From positions 1-53,634 of the forward strand of contig DXAQ01000122.1 of assembly GCA_019116905.1 (NCBI GenBank): a DNA stretch of 53,634 nucleotides, given 5' to 3'. The DNA comes from Candidatus Mucispirillum faecigallinarum. GTDB lineage: Bacteria > Chrysiogenota > Deferribacteres > Deferribacterales > Mucispirillaceae. Below are positions 19,410-29,770 of this stretch, in pieces (position 1 is the first letter of the stretch; every line of letters begins with the position of its first letter). The notes under the pieces are model-generated. The model saw only the letters and a list, made by a program, of their open reading frames with translations, had not been told where the DNA came from and made no database searches. The position numbers were made by a program, and so were the translations under genes.

Positions 19410-20167
19410 TATTTTACAACTCTTTGAATAGTAGTAACCATTCTTCCTGTTTTTCCATTTTCTTTTCTATATGAATAAAAACCTTCACTACAGCATGAAG
19501 AATAATCTGTAATTTCAATATTATCAATATTTAAACCATTATAAATTAAAGCATTAGTTGCAAGTTTTTTCATGTTTAATAAATACTGCCCCTGCCCTTT
19601 ATTTATAAGAGCCTCATTAGGTTTATATAAAGGGTTTAACTGCTCCACTAAATCATCCCTTACTTCATAACATTTTTCACATATTCCAGCACCAATATAA
19701 GCATAAACTGGTGTGTCTTGATATTTTTCAAAAAGCTTAAATGAATTATCAATAATACCTGTATTTAAACTGCGCCAGCCGCAGTGCAGCGAAGATATAC
19801 ATTTTTTACCTGCTATCATAACAGGCAGACAGTCTGCAGTAATAACACCTAGTGGTAGATTATATTCGGAGGTAAAAAGCCCGTCTGCCTTAGAAAACAA
19901 TATTTCTGCAGCATTATTATGGTTTACTTCAAGAACTTGATTACCATGAACTTGATTTAAAGTAACAATATTATATGTGTTAGAAATATTTTGGTAGTAA
20001 TAATAGTTTTTTACTACATTTGTAATTTCATCACCTGTAAAATATCCCATATTTAAGCTGTCATAAGGTTTTTGTGAAAAGCCGCCAAATCTTTTAGATG
20101 TTTTTATTTCAATACCTTTTGGCGCTTTTTCTGCTGTAATAAAAGATTTATTATTATCTGTATCCAT
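19409..20167 (-). CDS. pgeF: PgeF/YfiH (laccase-like, purine nucleoside phosphorylase) family protein
   Basis: SLNMG, QVHG, ADGL, TADCLPV, HCGWR and FYSYR…TGR motifs. Confidence 0.9.
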   Translation of the reverse strand: MDTDNNKSFITAEKAPKGIEIKTSKRFGGFSQKPYDSLNMGYFTGDEITNVVKNYYYYQNISNTYNIVTLNQVHGNQVLEVNHNNAAEILFSKADGLFTSEYNLPLGVITADCLPVMIAGKKCISSLHCGWRSLNTGIIDNSFKLFEKYQDTPVYAYIGAGICEKCYEVRDDLVEQLNPLYKPNEALINKGQGQYLLNMKKLATNALIYNGLNIDNIEITDYSSCCSEGFYSYRKENGKTGRMVTTIQRVVK

Positions 20168-20170
20168 ATA

Positions 20171-20635
20171 CTATTCCAAATTAAATAAGCATTTATTTAA
20201 AATGCCCTGATATTTTTTTTCACTTGTTTCAAATACTGCATTGCCATATATAATAACAGATTTTATTCCAGGTGGAGAGTATTTTGCATCATTATTATAT
20301 ACTTTATACGTATTATTATCTGATGTTTTTACAATACCCATAATCCTAATATCCATTTTCATACCTTCTGTATGAAAATAATGATTTTTTTCCTCATTTC
20401 CTGTAAAAATCATACCGTCTTTTATAAAAGTATCATCTGTAAAATTAAGCATACCGCATATTTTCTGCTGGTCTGTTTCTGCTTTATAAACATGTAGTCT
20501 GCATGAACCTATTGTAATATTATCTTCATAAAAAGTTACTTTTGAACAGTCTGGCATACTTGTTATAAATATTTGAGCATGACCGTATGACGTAATAGAT
20601 AATAAAAATATAAGTAATGATGCAAGTTTATACAT
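20171..20635 (-). CDS. Exported protein, divergent DUF192-like
   Basis: Signal peptide; KAETDQQKICGML…DGMIF…F.TEGMKMDIRIMGI loosely matches the DUF192 pattern. Confidence 0.5.
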   Translation of the reverse strand: MYKLASLLIFLLSITSYGHAQIFITSMPDCSKVTFYEDNITIGSCRLHVYKAETDQQKICGMLNFTDDTFIKDGMIFTGNEEKNHYFHTEGMKMDIRIMGIVKTSDNNTYKVYNNDAKYSPPGIKSVIIYGNAVFETSEKKYQGILNKCLFNLE

Positions 20636-20650
20636 AACCCACCTTTTTTT

Positions 20651-21493
20651 TTAAAATTTATAAGTATAATATATCCCTATGGAGCTTTCTCCAACCTGAG
20701 CATTACCTGTATCTAACTCTAGATAATTTGTATTATGCTGGTAAGAATAAGCTAAATAAAAACCCTTATAACCTATTTTAAAAATATTTTTCCACTGGAT
20801 AGAATAATCTGTTTCATTTGCAATATTGCCGCTGCTGCTTGGAGCAAATACATATTTAAACCAGCTTGAATAAACTATCTCTATACCTTGTGAAAAAGTA
20901 TATATTGGCACTTCATAAGCCACATTTAACATAAAACCATCAAAAGAATTTTCATTTCTTCCATAATATGCCTGATTATATCTTGCATAAAGATTTATTT
21001 TAAAATACGAAAATATGGGTATATTAAAATCAAGCCCTATACCCATAAAATGCTGCAGTAAATCTTCTGAATCAAAAGTAAAATTATAGGCAAGATAAAA
21101 ATCCTTAAATAAATTATCACTGCTCATTTTCTGCTTAGAAAGTGATAAAAATGATATTCGTGGATTTATCTCACCAAAAAGATAGTTATTTATATTACCA
21201 AAAATATAAGGCTTGTCATTATAAATATAAAATATATCATGTATATCAATATAGCCAAAAAAATCAAAAAAATCATACCTGAAATTAAGTCCAAGTGTAT
21301 TTACTGTATCAGGTTCTGGGCTGCCATAAGGATTTATAGCATTAAATTTGTATTCCATAGATACATCTACACTGCCAAAATAACTCTTATTATTAGAATT
21401 AAACTTATTATTCCATGTATTATTATAGTTTTGTGCAAAACAAATACTTGGTAATAAAGCTAAAATAAATATAAAAACAAATTTTAGTTTCAT
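20651..21493 (-). CDS. Outer-membrane beta-barrel, Tsx/OmpK-like nucleoside channel
   Basis: Signal peptide, aromatic-rich strands, FDFFGYIDI, FGEINPRISF, C-terminal YYTYKF. Confidence 0.7.
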   Translation of the reverse strand: MKLKFVFIFILALLPSICFAQNYNNTWNNKFNSNNKSYFGSVDVSMEYKFNAINPYGSPEPDTVNTLGLNFRYDFFDFFGYIDIHDIFYIYNDKPYIFGNINNYLFGEINPRISFLSLSKQKMSSDNLFKDFYLAYNFTFDSEDLLQHFMGIGLDFNIPIFSYFKINLYARYNQAYYGRNENSFDGFMLNVAYEVPIYTFSQGIEIVYSSWFKYVFAPSSSGNIANETDYSIQWKNIFKIGYKGFYLAYSYQHNTNYLELDTGNAQVGESSIGIYYTYKF

Positions 21494-21506
21494 AAAATAA
21501 TTGTAA

Positions 21507-23057
21507 TTATTCTACTTTAAATTCACCATTTAAAACTTTTGCTTTTAATTCTCGTTTTAAAACTTTACCTGTAGCTGTTAAAGGCAGTTCATCAACTATA
21601 AAAATGTGTTTAGGAGTTTTAAATGATGCTAATCTTTCTTTTAAATATGCTTTTATATCTGATACAGTAATATTTGAGTTTTCATTTTTCATAACATAAG
21701 CAAGTATCATTTCATCTCTGCCCTCAATAGGTACACCAATTACTGCAACAGCTTCAACACCTTCTATCTGCTTAATTACATCTTCTACTTCTCTAGGATA
21801 AACATTCATTCCTTTTGAAATGATTAAATCTTTTTTCCTATCAACAATATAAATAAACCCATCTTCATCAAGTCTTGCAAAATCACCAGTAAAAAGCCAG
21901 CCGTTACGTATAGCATCATCTGTAGCCTTTGGCATGTGATAATAGCCTTTCATAACGTTTCCGCCTTTTACAATTAATTCCCCAACTTCTCCAACAGGCA
22001 CTTCATTTTCTTCTTCATCTACAACTTTTACTTCTATTCCTGGCATTGGTTTTCCAACGCTGTCTGCCCTGTGAAATTTTACAGTATTAACAGATACAAC
22101 AGGTGCAGCTTCTGAAAGCCCGTAGCCTTCTATAATAGGCACGCCAAATTTTTTCTCAAAAGCATCAAGTGTTTCTGCTGAAATTGGCGCTCCACCAGAA
22201 ATATGAAGTTCAATTGGATAAAATAATTTAATAAACCATTTTGGCATCTGCGCTTTAATTAAAGCCTGATAAACCTGCGGAACTCCAACCATTACTTTTG
22301 GTCGTTTAAAAATTAATGTATTTCTAAATTTTTTTGTTTTAAGCTCCATAACTGATGCAAACATAATAATACTGCATCCTAGAAAAAGTGGATATAAAAC
22401 TGATGTCATTAAAGTATAAGAATGAAAAATTGGTAAAAATAATAAAAACTTTTTATTTGGGTTCCATTTTAAAGCGCCATCAATTGATTCTGCATCGTTT
22501 AACATATTACCATGGCTGAGCATTGCTCCCTTTGGATGACCTGTTGTGCCTGATGTATATATGTAAAATGCTAAATCATCATAGCCAAAATTATATTCAA
22601 GTGGTTCATCAGAAAATGGTGCTGATGCTTCTGATACATTTATTGAATTACAGTTTATTTTATCCCAGCTTAAAATATCTTCTAGAGTTGATACATTATC
22701 TTTTAAATATGATGCATATTCTGCATATTTTTCTGATAAAAATACAAATTTAGTAAAACTATCATTTAGAATATAAGCAAATTCGCTTTCTCTAAGCATA
22801 TTATTTACAGGGATAGCAACAGCCCCTGTTTTAAAAATTGTTATAAGAGATATAATATAATGAGCTGAATTTTCCATAATTACAGCTACTTTATCACCTT
22901 TTTTTAAACCTTTTTCTTTTAACATACGTGCAGCTTTATTTGCCATTTTTTCTACCTGCATGTATGTATATACTTTATCATCAAAATATACAAGGGGCTT
23001 ATTTTTCAAGCGTTTTGCCTGAATTGTCATCATTTCACCTAAATTAGGATATCTCAT
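21507..23057 (-). CDS. Long-chain-fatty-acid--CoA ligase
   Basis: YTSGTTGHPKG, EGYGLSEA, TGD, DRKKDLII, NVYPREVE and GKVLK motifs. Confidence 0.9.
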   Translation of the reverse strand: MRYPNLGEMMTIQAKRLKNKPLVYFDDKVYTYMQVEKMANKAARMLKEKGLKKGDKVAVIMENSAHYIISLITIFKTGAVAIPVNNMLRESEFAYILNDSFTKFVFLSEKYAEYASYLKDNVSTLEDILSWDKINCNSINVSEASAPFSDEPLEYNFGYDDLAFYIYTSGTTGHPKGAMLSHGNMLNDAESIDGALKWNPNKKFLLFLPIFHSYTLMTSVLYPLFLGCSIIMFASVMELKTKKFRNTLIFKRPKVMVGVPQVYQALIKAQMPKWFIKLFYPIELHISGGAPISAETLDAFEKKFGVPIIEGYGLSEAAPVVSVNTVKFHRADSVGKPMPGIEVKVVDEEENEVPVGEVGELIVKGGNVMKGYYHMPKATDDAIRNGWLFTGDFARLDEDGFIYIVDRKKDLIISKGMNVYPREVEDVIKQIEGVEAVAVIGVPIEGRDEMILAYVMKNENSNITVSDIKAYLKERLASFKTPKHIFIVDELPLTATGKVLKRELKAKVLNGEFKVE

Positions 23058-23089
23058 ATTAAACCTCTTTTATTTTATTTTTACGTTTT

Positions 23090-23494
23090 TTATATAATCA
23101 TAAGCCCATGTTTATCTAAAACACAGGATTCAGCATATATTGGCACATTCATTCTTAAACCTATAGCAATAGCATCTGACGGACGGCAGTCTATAACCTT
23201 TTCTTCACCATTTACATTAAAAAACATTTTAGCATAAAAAACATCATGACTGCAACCATCTATTAATATTTTAGTTAATACTACATTATCAGAAAGATTT
23301 AGTATAGAGCTTATTAAATCATACGTCATAGGTCTTGGCGGCTGAATTGATTCTTTCCATGAAGCAACAGTTTCACCCTCTTTCTCTCCAACATAAATCT
23401 GTAAATAACGCTCTTGATTATCCTGCAAAAGCATTAAATATCTTGATTGAACAGGCTCTTTAATTATACGTTTAAAAAATAGACGAATCAACAT
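23090..23494 (-). CDS. Bifunctional nuclease family (DUF151) protein
   Basis: LQIYVG..E, PPRPMTYDL and IDCRPSDAIAIGLR..PIY motifs. Confidence 0.88.
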   Translation of the reverse strand: MLIRLFFKRIIKEPVQSRYLMLLQDNQERYLQIYVGEKEGETVASWKESIQPPRPMTYDLISSILNLSDNVVLTKILIDGCSHDVFYAKMFFNVNGEEKVIDCRPSDAIAIGLRMNVPIYAESCVLDKHGLMII

Positions 23495-23495
23495 A

Positions 23496-24809
23496 TTATA
23501 CCTCTACACCATACATACAGTTTCTTTTAGCAGTATTAATAACTACATTTACTAAACTTCCATATTCTAGCTTATTTTTAGATGAAAATGCAACCTTTCT
23601 ATTATATATATTTAAACCATAATATGGATATTCTTTTGAATCATCAATTTCTGTTACAAGCACCTGAGTAGTAATACCATGCATTTCAGGAAGACGTTTA
23701 TCATATAAGCTGTCCTGCAGAGCAAAAAGATTATTTAATCTTTCTGATTTTACACCAGCTGGAATATTATCTTCTATTTCAAAAGCTTTTGTACCAGGAC
23801 GAGGAGAATAATTAAAAGCAAATATTCTATCATAACCTATTTCTTTTACAGCTTTTAAAGTATCATTAAAATCATCATCTGTTTCATTAGGAAAACCAAC
23901 AATAAAATCTGATGAAAATTCTATATCAGGCATAATTTTTCTAGCAAGCTCTATTTTTGCTTTATATTCTTCATAAGTATAGTGCCGTTTCATAGCCTTT
24001 AATATTGAATTTGAGCCTGACTGTAACGGAAGATGAAGATAACGGCACACCTTTTCATTTTCTGCCATAGCATTAATCATAGCTTCTGAAAAATCTTTTG
24101 GATGTGATGTTACAAACCTAATTCGTTCAAGTCCGTCTATTTTATTAACCACAGATAATAATTTTGGAAAATCTATATCTTCAGATAAATTTTTGCCGTA
24201 AGAATTTACATTCTGTCCTAAAAGACATACTTCTTTAACACCTTTATCTACAAGTGATTTAATTTCATTTACAATCTCAATAGATGGTCTTGAAACTTCT
24301 CTGCCACGAACATAAGGCACAATACAGTAACTGCAAAAATTATTACAGCCTTTCATAATTGTAACATTAGCAGCTATCATATCTTTTCTATTAAAATTTG
24401 ATATGGAAAATGATGAGCTGTCCACATTAGTATCTGCAAACCTTTCACCCTTTAACGCTCTTTCAATAATGCTGTCAATATGGGCAATAGCATCAGTGCC
24501 CATAACAAAATTTACTACTTTATTATTTTTTAAAAACTTATCTCCTTCCTGCTGAGCAACACAGCCTGTTATCCCAACAACCATATCAGGTTTCTTCTCT
24601 TTTAAAAGCCTTATCTGGCCTAAATAACTTAATATTTTTACCTGCGGCTTTTCTCTTACACTACATGTATTTAATACTATAAAATCAGAATCTTCCACTT
24701 TATCAGAAGGTATATACCCCTTTGATTCTAAAGCTGAAGCAATCCTTTCAGTATCATATTCATTCATAGCACAACCGAATGTGTATATAAAATAATGTTT
24801 TGTCTGCAT
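23496..24809 (-). CDS. miaB: tRNA methylthiotransferase MiaB
   Basis: TFGCAMNEYD, NTCSVREK, GCVAQ, GCNNFCSYCIVPY.RGRE, LGQNVNSY, RIRFVTSHP and a TRAM domain. Confidence 0.93.
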   Translation of the reverse strand: MQTKHYFIYTFGCAMNEYDTERIASALESKGYIPSDKVEDSDFIVLNTCSVREKPQVKILSYLGQIRLLKEKKPDMVVGITGCVAQQEGDKFLKNNKVVNFVMGTDAIAHIDSIIERALKGERFADTNVDSSSFSISNFNRKDMIAANVTIMKGCNNFCSYCIVPYVRGREVSRPSIEIVNEIKSLVDKGVKEVCLLGQNVNSYGKNLSEDIDFPKLLSVVNKIDGLERIRFVTSHPKDFSEAMINAMAENEKVCRYLHLPLQSGSNSILKAMKRHYTYEEYKAKIELARKIMPDIEFSSDFIVGFPNETDDDFNDTLKAVKEIGYDRIFAFNYSPRPGTKAFEIEDNIPAGVKSERLNNLFALQDSLYDKRLPEMHGITTQVLVTEIDDSKEYPYYGLNIYNRKVAFSSKNKLEYGSLVNVVINTAKRNCMYGVEV

Positions 24810-24833
24810 AAAAATCCTTATATATAAATTTAT

Positions 24834-26279
24834 TTAATAAGCGCCTTTCTTTTTAAAAACAACGCCGGGTGTTTTAAATAATATAACTATATCAAGCCAT
24901 ATTGACCAGTTTAATACATACCATGCATCTTTTGCAACACGTTCATCATAATTTAACTCGTTTCTGCCGCTTATCTGCCAGAGTCCTGTAATACCTGGAC
25001 GCACCATATAATAATATGATGAAAGCTCTCTATAATATTTATCAAGTTCATCTTGAATAACAGGCCTTGGACCTACAAAACTCATATCACCTTTTAACAC
25101 ATTAAATATCTGCGGCAGTTCATCAAGTGATGATTTTCTTAAAAAACGCCCTACTTTAGTAATTCTAGGGTCATTTTTTAGTTTATAATATGTATTCCAC
25201 TCATGTCTTGCTTCTTCATTATTTTTTAAAATTTCCCTTAATCTTTCATCTGCATCTTGATACATAGAGCGAAATTTTAATACTTTAAAAGTTTTGCCAT
25301 TTCTGCCAACCCTTGTATGACCATAAAAAACACTGCCCCTTGATGTAGCTTTTATTAATACTGCAATAATAATAATAATCACCATCAAAAATGGCAGCAT
25401 TATTATAGATAATATAATATCACTGCATCTTTTTACAATACTATTTAATAAAGATTTAAAATTATTATTAATTTGTAGATAGTTTAAACCAGTCTGTAAA
25501 AGCTGAACAGCTTCTGTATTTGAAAAGCCTATACCTTGAGAATCTAAAACTATCAATAGTTTATTTAACTTTATCTGTAAATTATTTAATACATTTTCAA
25601 AAGATTTATCTATTTCATTTTTTATGACTACTGCAGAAGATATATTATATTCTGCAATAATTTTTTCAATATCTTTTATATTACCTAAAACTTTCTGGCT
25701 GCCTGTATAATTATCAGGAGTATCTGTTAATACTACTCCAACTACATAAAAACATAATCCATTTTCTCGTATTATACTGTTTTTTACATTATCAAGATAA
25801 TTTGAACAGCCAATAATAACTAAACTTTCTGCAAAAAACCTTTTATTTAATACTTTTGTTTTCATAATATATCTAAATAATGTAACAAATATAACCATAT
25901 AAATAAACAAAATTATTAAAAATAACCTTGAAACATAGTTAGACATTTTCCCTAATGAAACAATAGATAAAACAATCAAAAGTGTAAAAAAGCATGATAA
26001 TATAAGACGCCTGCTTTCATGCCAAAATGGTTTCTTTAAAGTATATAAATTTTTATATGCAATCATAACAATAAATATAGCAGGCACCCACCATAATGTT
26101 ATAACCAAATGTTTTAAAGAAAACATTAATGGAGTTATATGGAATATATCATCTATAAACATTCTTGTGAAATATGCTAAAATAAATGAAACAAAATATG
26201 CTGCAATATCTACTATAAGCAGTAAAAAAATAGAAATCATATTTTTTATATGCAGTCTGCTGCTGTAATTATTCAACAT
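24834..26279 (-). CDS. Undecaprenyl-phosphate hexose phosphotransferase (WbaP-like)
   Basis: KFRSM, DPRITKVGRFLRKSSLDELPQ, MSFVGPRP, PGITGLWQ and YVLNWSIWLD motifs. Confidence 0.9.
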   Translation of the reverse strand: MLNNYSSRLHIKNMISIFLLLIVDIAAYFVSFILAYFTRMFIDDIFHITPLMFSLKHLVITLWWVPAIFIVMIAYKNLYTLKKPFWHESRRLILSCFFTLLIVLSIVSLGKMSNYVSRLFLIILFIYMVIFVTLFRYIMKTKVLNKRFFAESLVIIGCSNYLDNVKNSIIRENGLCFYVVGVVLTDTPDNYTGSQKVLGNIKDIEKIIAEYNISSAVVIKNEIDKSFENVLNNLQIKLNKLLIVLDSQGIGFSNTEAVQLLQTGLNYLQINNNFKSLLNSIVKRCSDIILSIIMLPFLMVIIIIIAVLIKATSRGSVFYGHTRVGRNGKTFKVLKFRSMYQDADERLREILKNNEEARHEWNTYYKLKNDPRITKVGRFLRKSSLDELPQIFNVLKGDMSFVGPRPVIQDELDKYYRELSSYYYMVRPGITGLWQISGRNELNYDERVAKDAWYVLNWSIWLDIVILFKTPGVVFKKKGAY

Positions 26280-27396
26280 TTACCCCTAATACTTCATCAA
26301 TTTTATGTAATACTGTTTCTACTGGTATACTTTCCATGCAGTCTGGTTTATCCATTGTGCATTTTTCATCACCATAAAGATTCTGGCACCCAGAACACCC
26401 GTTTGATGATATTACATATACATTTTTTCCAACAGGGCCGTATCTGTTTTTATCAGTAGGTCCATAAAGACCTATTACTTTTCTACCTAAAAAAGCACCT
26501 ATATGTAAAATTGAAGTATCGCCAGCAATAACTAGTGATGATGTGGATATAAGCTTTAATTTATCAGAAAAATCAAGCCTTCCAACAAGAAAATCTATAT
26601 CAGCTTTACTTCCTGCTAACTCATTAAAATTTTCAGCCTCCTCAATATCTTTTTTATCACCAATCAAAGCTGCTCTGTAACCTGCTTTATTTAGATGCTC
26701 TACTATCACTTTCCAGTTATTCTGGCTGTATTTTCTAGTATTTTGGTCCTGATTATCTGCAAAAATATCTATAACTACAAGTTTTTGGTTATCTTCTTCA
26801 TGATTTTTTTCTACGATATTATTATCTACATGAATACCTATTGAAGAAAGCAAAAAAGCATAGTTTGCAGTTTCATGTATATCAAATGAATAATCTGCTG
26901 CTTTGTCATAAGCAAAATGCCTGTGCTCTCCGTCTGTTTTAAAACCAATTTTATAAGATGCTTTTGCAGTCTGGCTCATAATGGCTTCAAACCTGGACCA
27001 TGCACCAAAATCAATCCATAAATCAAAATGACCTGCATTTTTAACTATTTTCATACTTTTTGATAAATCGTTATGAAAAAGCCTGACAGCATTATCTATA
27101 CCAGGTATAATTGATGCTGTATTAAAATTATCTTCACCAGTAAAATATGTTATTTTTGCATTTGGGTATGCCTTTTTTAATGCTTTTACTGATTGAGCTG
27201 TAAAAAGAACATCCCTTACAGAAGTTATTTTTAGCAATGCTATTTTATTAACAACTTCCGGTTTATGCACCTGCCGTATATTTGAGAAACCAGTAAGTGC
27301 AAATAATACAGGAAGTCCTATAAGGGAATCTTTCTTTTTTAATACAGAATTATCAATAAGTTTTTTTATTTTTTTTCTGCCAAAATCAAACTTCAT
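26269..27396 (-). CDS. Glycosyltransferase family 9 (LPS heptosyltransferase-like)
   Basis: ALKKAYPNAKI and DTSILHIGAFLG..VIGLYGPT motifs, C-terminal Cys cluster; next to hldDE. Confidence 0.82.
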   Translation of the reverse strand: MKFDFGRKKIKKLIDNSVLKKKDSLIGLPVLFALTGFSNIRQVHKPEVVNKIALLKITSVRDVLFTAQSVKALKKAYPNAKITYFTGEDNFNTASIIPGIDNAVRLFHNDLSKSMKIVKNAGHFDLWIDFGAWSRFEAIMSQTAKASYKIGFKTDGEHRHFAYDKAADYSFDIHETANYAFLLSSIGIHVDNNIVEKNHEEDNQKLVVIDIFADNQDQNTRKYSQNNWKVIVEHLNKAGYRAALIGDKKDIEEAENFNELAGSKADIDFLVGRLDFSDKLKLISTSSLVIAGDTSILHIGAFLGRKVIGLYGPTDKNRYGPVGKNVYVISSNGCSGCQNLYGDEKCTMDKPDCMESIPVETVLHKIDEVLGVNVE

Positions 27397-28337
27397 TAAA
27401 TAATATATCCGCCGCTGTTTTCTAATATTTCAGCATATTTTAATGTGCCGTCTTTAAGTTTAGTAAACGGTTTATTATATCCTGCATTGCGAAGTTTTGT
27501 AATATCGCTTTCTGTAAAAGTTTGATATTTGCCTTTTAAGCTTTCAGGAAATGGAATATATTCAACTTTTGCATCTTTATATTTTTCCTGCAACGCATTA
27601 GCTATTTCACAAAAACTTTCTGCATGACCTGTGCCGCAGTTAAATATACCTGATTTATCAGGGTTTTCATAGAAAAACATATTTACAGATACAACATCAT
27701 CTACATAAATAAAATCACGTCTAAAATTTTCGCTGCCTTCAAAAAGTTTCATTGGCTCATTATTTTTGATTTGGTTAAACATGTGAAATGCAACTGATGC
27801 CATTTTACCTTTATGGTTTTCCTGCGGGCCATATACATTAAAATATCTTAACCCAACAACCTGACTGTTAATATTTTTAAAATGAATATTTAAATACCTG
27901 TCAAACTGATATTTACTAAAAGCATATACATTTAAAGGGTATTCACATTCTTCTTTTTCTACAAAACCTTTATCGCCATTACCATATACAGATGCACTTG
28001 ATGCATAAAAAAGCCTTACATTATGTTTTTGACATGCATTAAATGTATCTTTTGTACATTCATAGTTATTTTTCATCATATATTTGCCATCTGTTTCCAT
28101 AGTATTAGATGATGCACCTTGATGAAATACTGCTTTTACTTTATTTTTAGAAAGAAAATCATATATATTAAAATCTGTTTTATCTATATAATCATAAAAC
28201 TTGATTTTATTTAAGTTTTTATGTTTTGAGGCGTTTGACAAATTATCAACAATAATAATATTATCTTCACCTTTTTCATTTAAGCCTTTAACAATATTTG
28301 AGCCAATAAATCCTGCTCCACCTGTAACAATTACCAT
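27396..28337 (-). CDS. hldD: ADP-L-glycero-D-manno-heptose 6-epimerase
   Basis: VTGGAGFIGSN, YASSASVYG, PLNVYAFSK, LRYFNVYGP.E.HKG.MAS and KYQ.FT motifs. Confidence 0.95.
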   Translation of the reverse strand: MVIVTGGAGFIGSNIVKGLNEKGEDNIIIVDNLSNASKHKNLNKIKFYDYIDKTDFNIYDFLSKNKVKAVFHQGASSNTMETDGKYMMKNNYECTKDTFNACQKHNVRLFYASSASVYGNGDKGFVEKEECEYPLNVYAFSKYQFDRYLNIHFKNINSQVVGLRYFNVYGPQENHKGKMASVAFHMFNQIKNNEPMKLFEGSENFRRDFIYVDDVVSVNMFFYENPDKSGIFNCGTGHAESFCEIANALQEKYKDAKVEYIPFPESLKGKYQTFTESDITKLRNAGYNKPFTKLKDGTLKYAEILENSGGYII

Positions 28338-28348
28338 ATCAAATGCTC

Positions 28349-29770
28349 CTATTTTAATTTATTAATTGTAGATGTTGTAGAATAGCCCTCAACAAAGTCA
28401 ATAATTTCAACTCTGCCGGCATACTCTTTGCCAACAACATCTTCTGCTTTATAATCGCCACCTTTTACTAAAATATCAGGCATAACATTTTTTATTAAGT
28501 TAAGTGGTGTGTCTTCCTCAAAAATTACTATATAATCAATACATTCTAAAGCTTCCAAAACAACTGCCCTGTCCTGCTCATTATTTACTGGTCTTGAAGG
28601 ACCTTTAAGTCTTTTAACTGATGCATCACTGTTTAACCCTAATACTAAAATATCCCCCAGTGCTTTTGCATGTTTTAAATATGTAACATGGCCTCTATGA
28701 AGAATATCAAAACAGCCGTTAGTAAAAACAATTGTTTTATTAAAAGATTTTTCTCGTTTGATAATGTCTGCAATATGGTTATATGCAACAACTTTTGAAC
28801 TTCTAAACCCGCTTAATGCATAATGCAGCTCTGATAAAGTGATTGGGGCTGTACCAAGTTTTCCAACAACGACTCCTGCTGCTGCATTTGCAAGATAAAC
28901 TGCATCATCAATATTTAAATTTAAACCTAAAAATACTGCAATAGATGAAATAACTGTATCACCTGCCCCTGAAACATCAAAAACTTCCATAGCCTGTGTA
29001 GGTATAGTTTTTATATGGTTTTCACCTATTATTGTAATACCTTTTTCACTTCTAGTAACTATTAAATACGTAAGGTTATATTTTTCTCTAATAATTGAGC
29101 CGTATTTTATAACTTCATCATCTTTATTTTCTATTTCAAACCCACATACTTCACTAAGCTCTTTAACATTTGGTGTTACAAGATAGGCATTATTATATTT
29201 ATCCCAGTTGCTGCCTTTTGGGTCTATGATTACTTTTTTATTCTGTTTATTTGACTGCTCAATAATATGAGAGCATATTTCAGGAGAGCATAAGCCTTTG
29301 CCGTAATCTGATATTACTACAATATTATGATTTACAAGCTCTGCATCAAAAATTGATTTAATCTGATTATTTACACTTTCACTAAAAACATGTATATCTT
29401 CAAAATCAAGCCTTACAATCTGCTGTTTACTGCCTATTACTCTTAATTTTGATATAGTAGGCATATCTGCATCAATAAAAAATGATTTTGCCTGAATATT
29501 AGTAAAAAGATTATTTAAAAGCCTGCCTGCATCATCATCTTTTTTTGCTGCCCCTATAATTGTGCATTGTGCTGATAACCCCTTTATATTATTTACAACA
29601 TTACCTGCACCGCCAAGAGTATATATTTCAGATTTAACATTTACAACAGGAACGGGAGCCTCAGGCGAAATTCTTGATACTGTACCATAATAATATCTAT
29701 CAAGCATCATATCACCTGCTATTAATACTTTTGCTTGACTAAAATCTAAATCTGATAATAATTTATTCAT
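28349..29770 (-). CDS. hldE: Bifunctional heptose 7-phosphate kinase / heptose 1-phosphate adenylyltransferase
   Basis: RISPEAPVPV, SDYGKG, DVSGAGDTV, TNGCFDILHRGH and LVKGGDY motifs. Confidence 0.95.
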   Translation of the reverse strand: MNKLLSDLDFSQAKVLIAGDMMLDRYYYGTVSRISPEAPVPVVNVKSEIYTLGGAGNVVNNIKGLSAQCTIIGAAKKDDDAGRLLNNLFTNIQAKSFFIDADMPTISKLRVIGSKQQIVRLDFEDIHVFSESVNNQIKSIFDAELVNHNIVVISDYGKGLCSPEICSHIIEQSNKQNKKVIIDPKGSNWDKYNNAYLVTPNVKELSEVCGFEIENKDDEVIKYGSIIREKYNLTYLIVTRSEKGITIIGENHIKTIPTQAMEVFDVSGAGDTVISSIAVFLGLNLNIDDAVYLANAAAGVVVGKLGTAPITLSELHYALSGFRSSKVVAYNHIADIIKREKSFNKTIVFTNGCFDILHRGHVTYLKHAKALGDILVLGLNSDASVKRLKGPSRPVNNEQDRAVVLEALECIDYIVIFEEDTPLNLIKNVMPDILVKGGDYKAEDVVGKEYAGRVEIIDFVEGYSTTSTINKLK

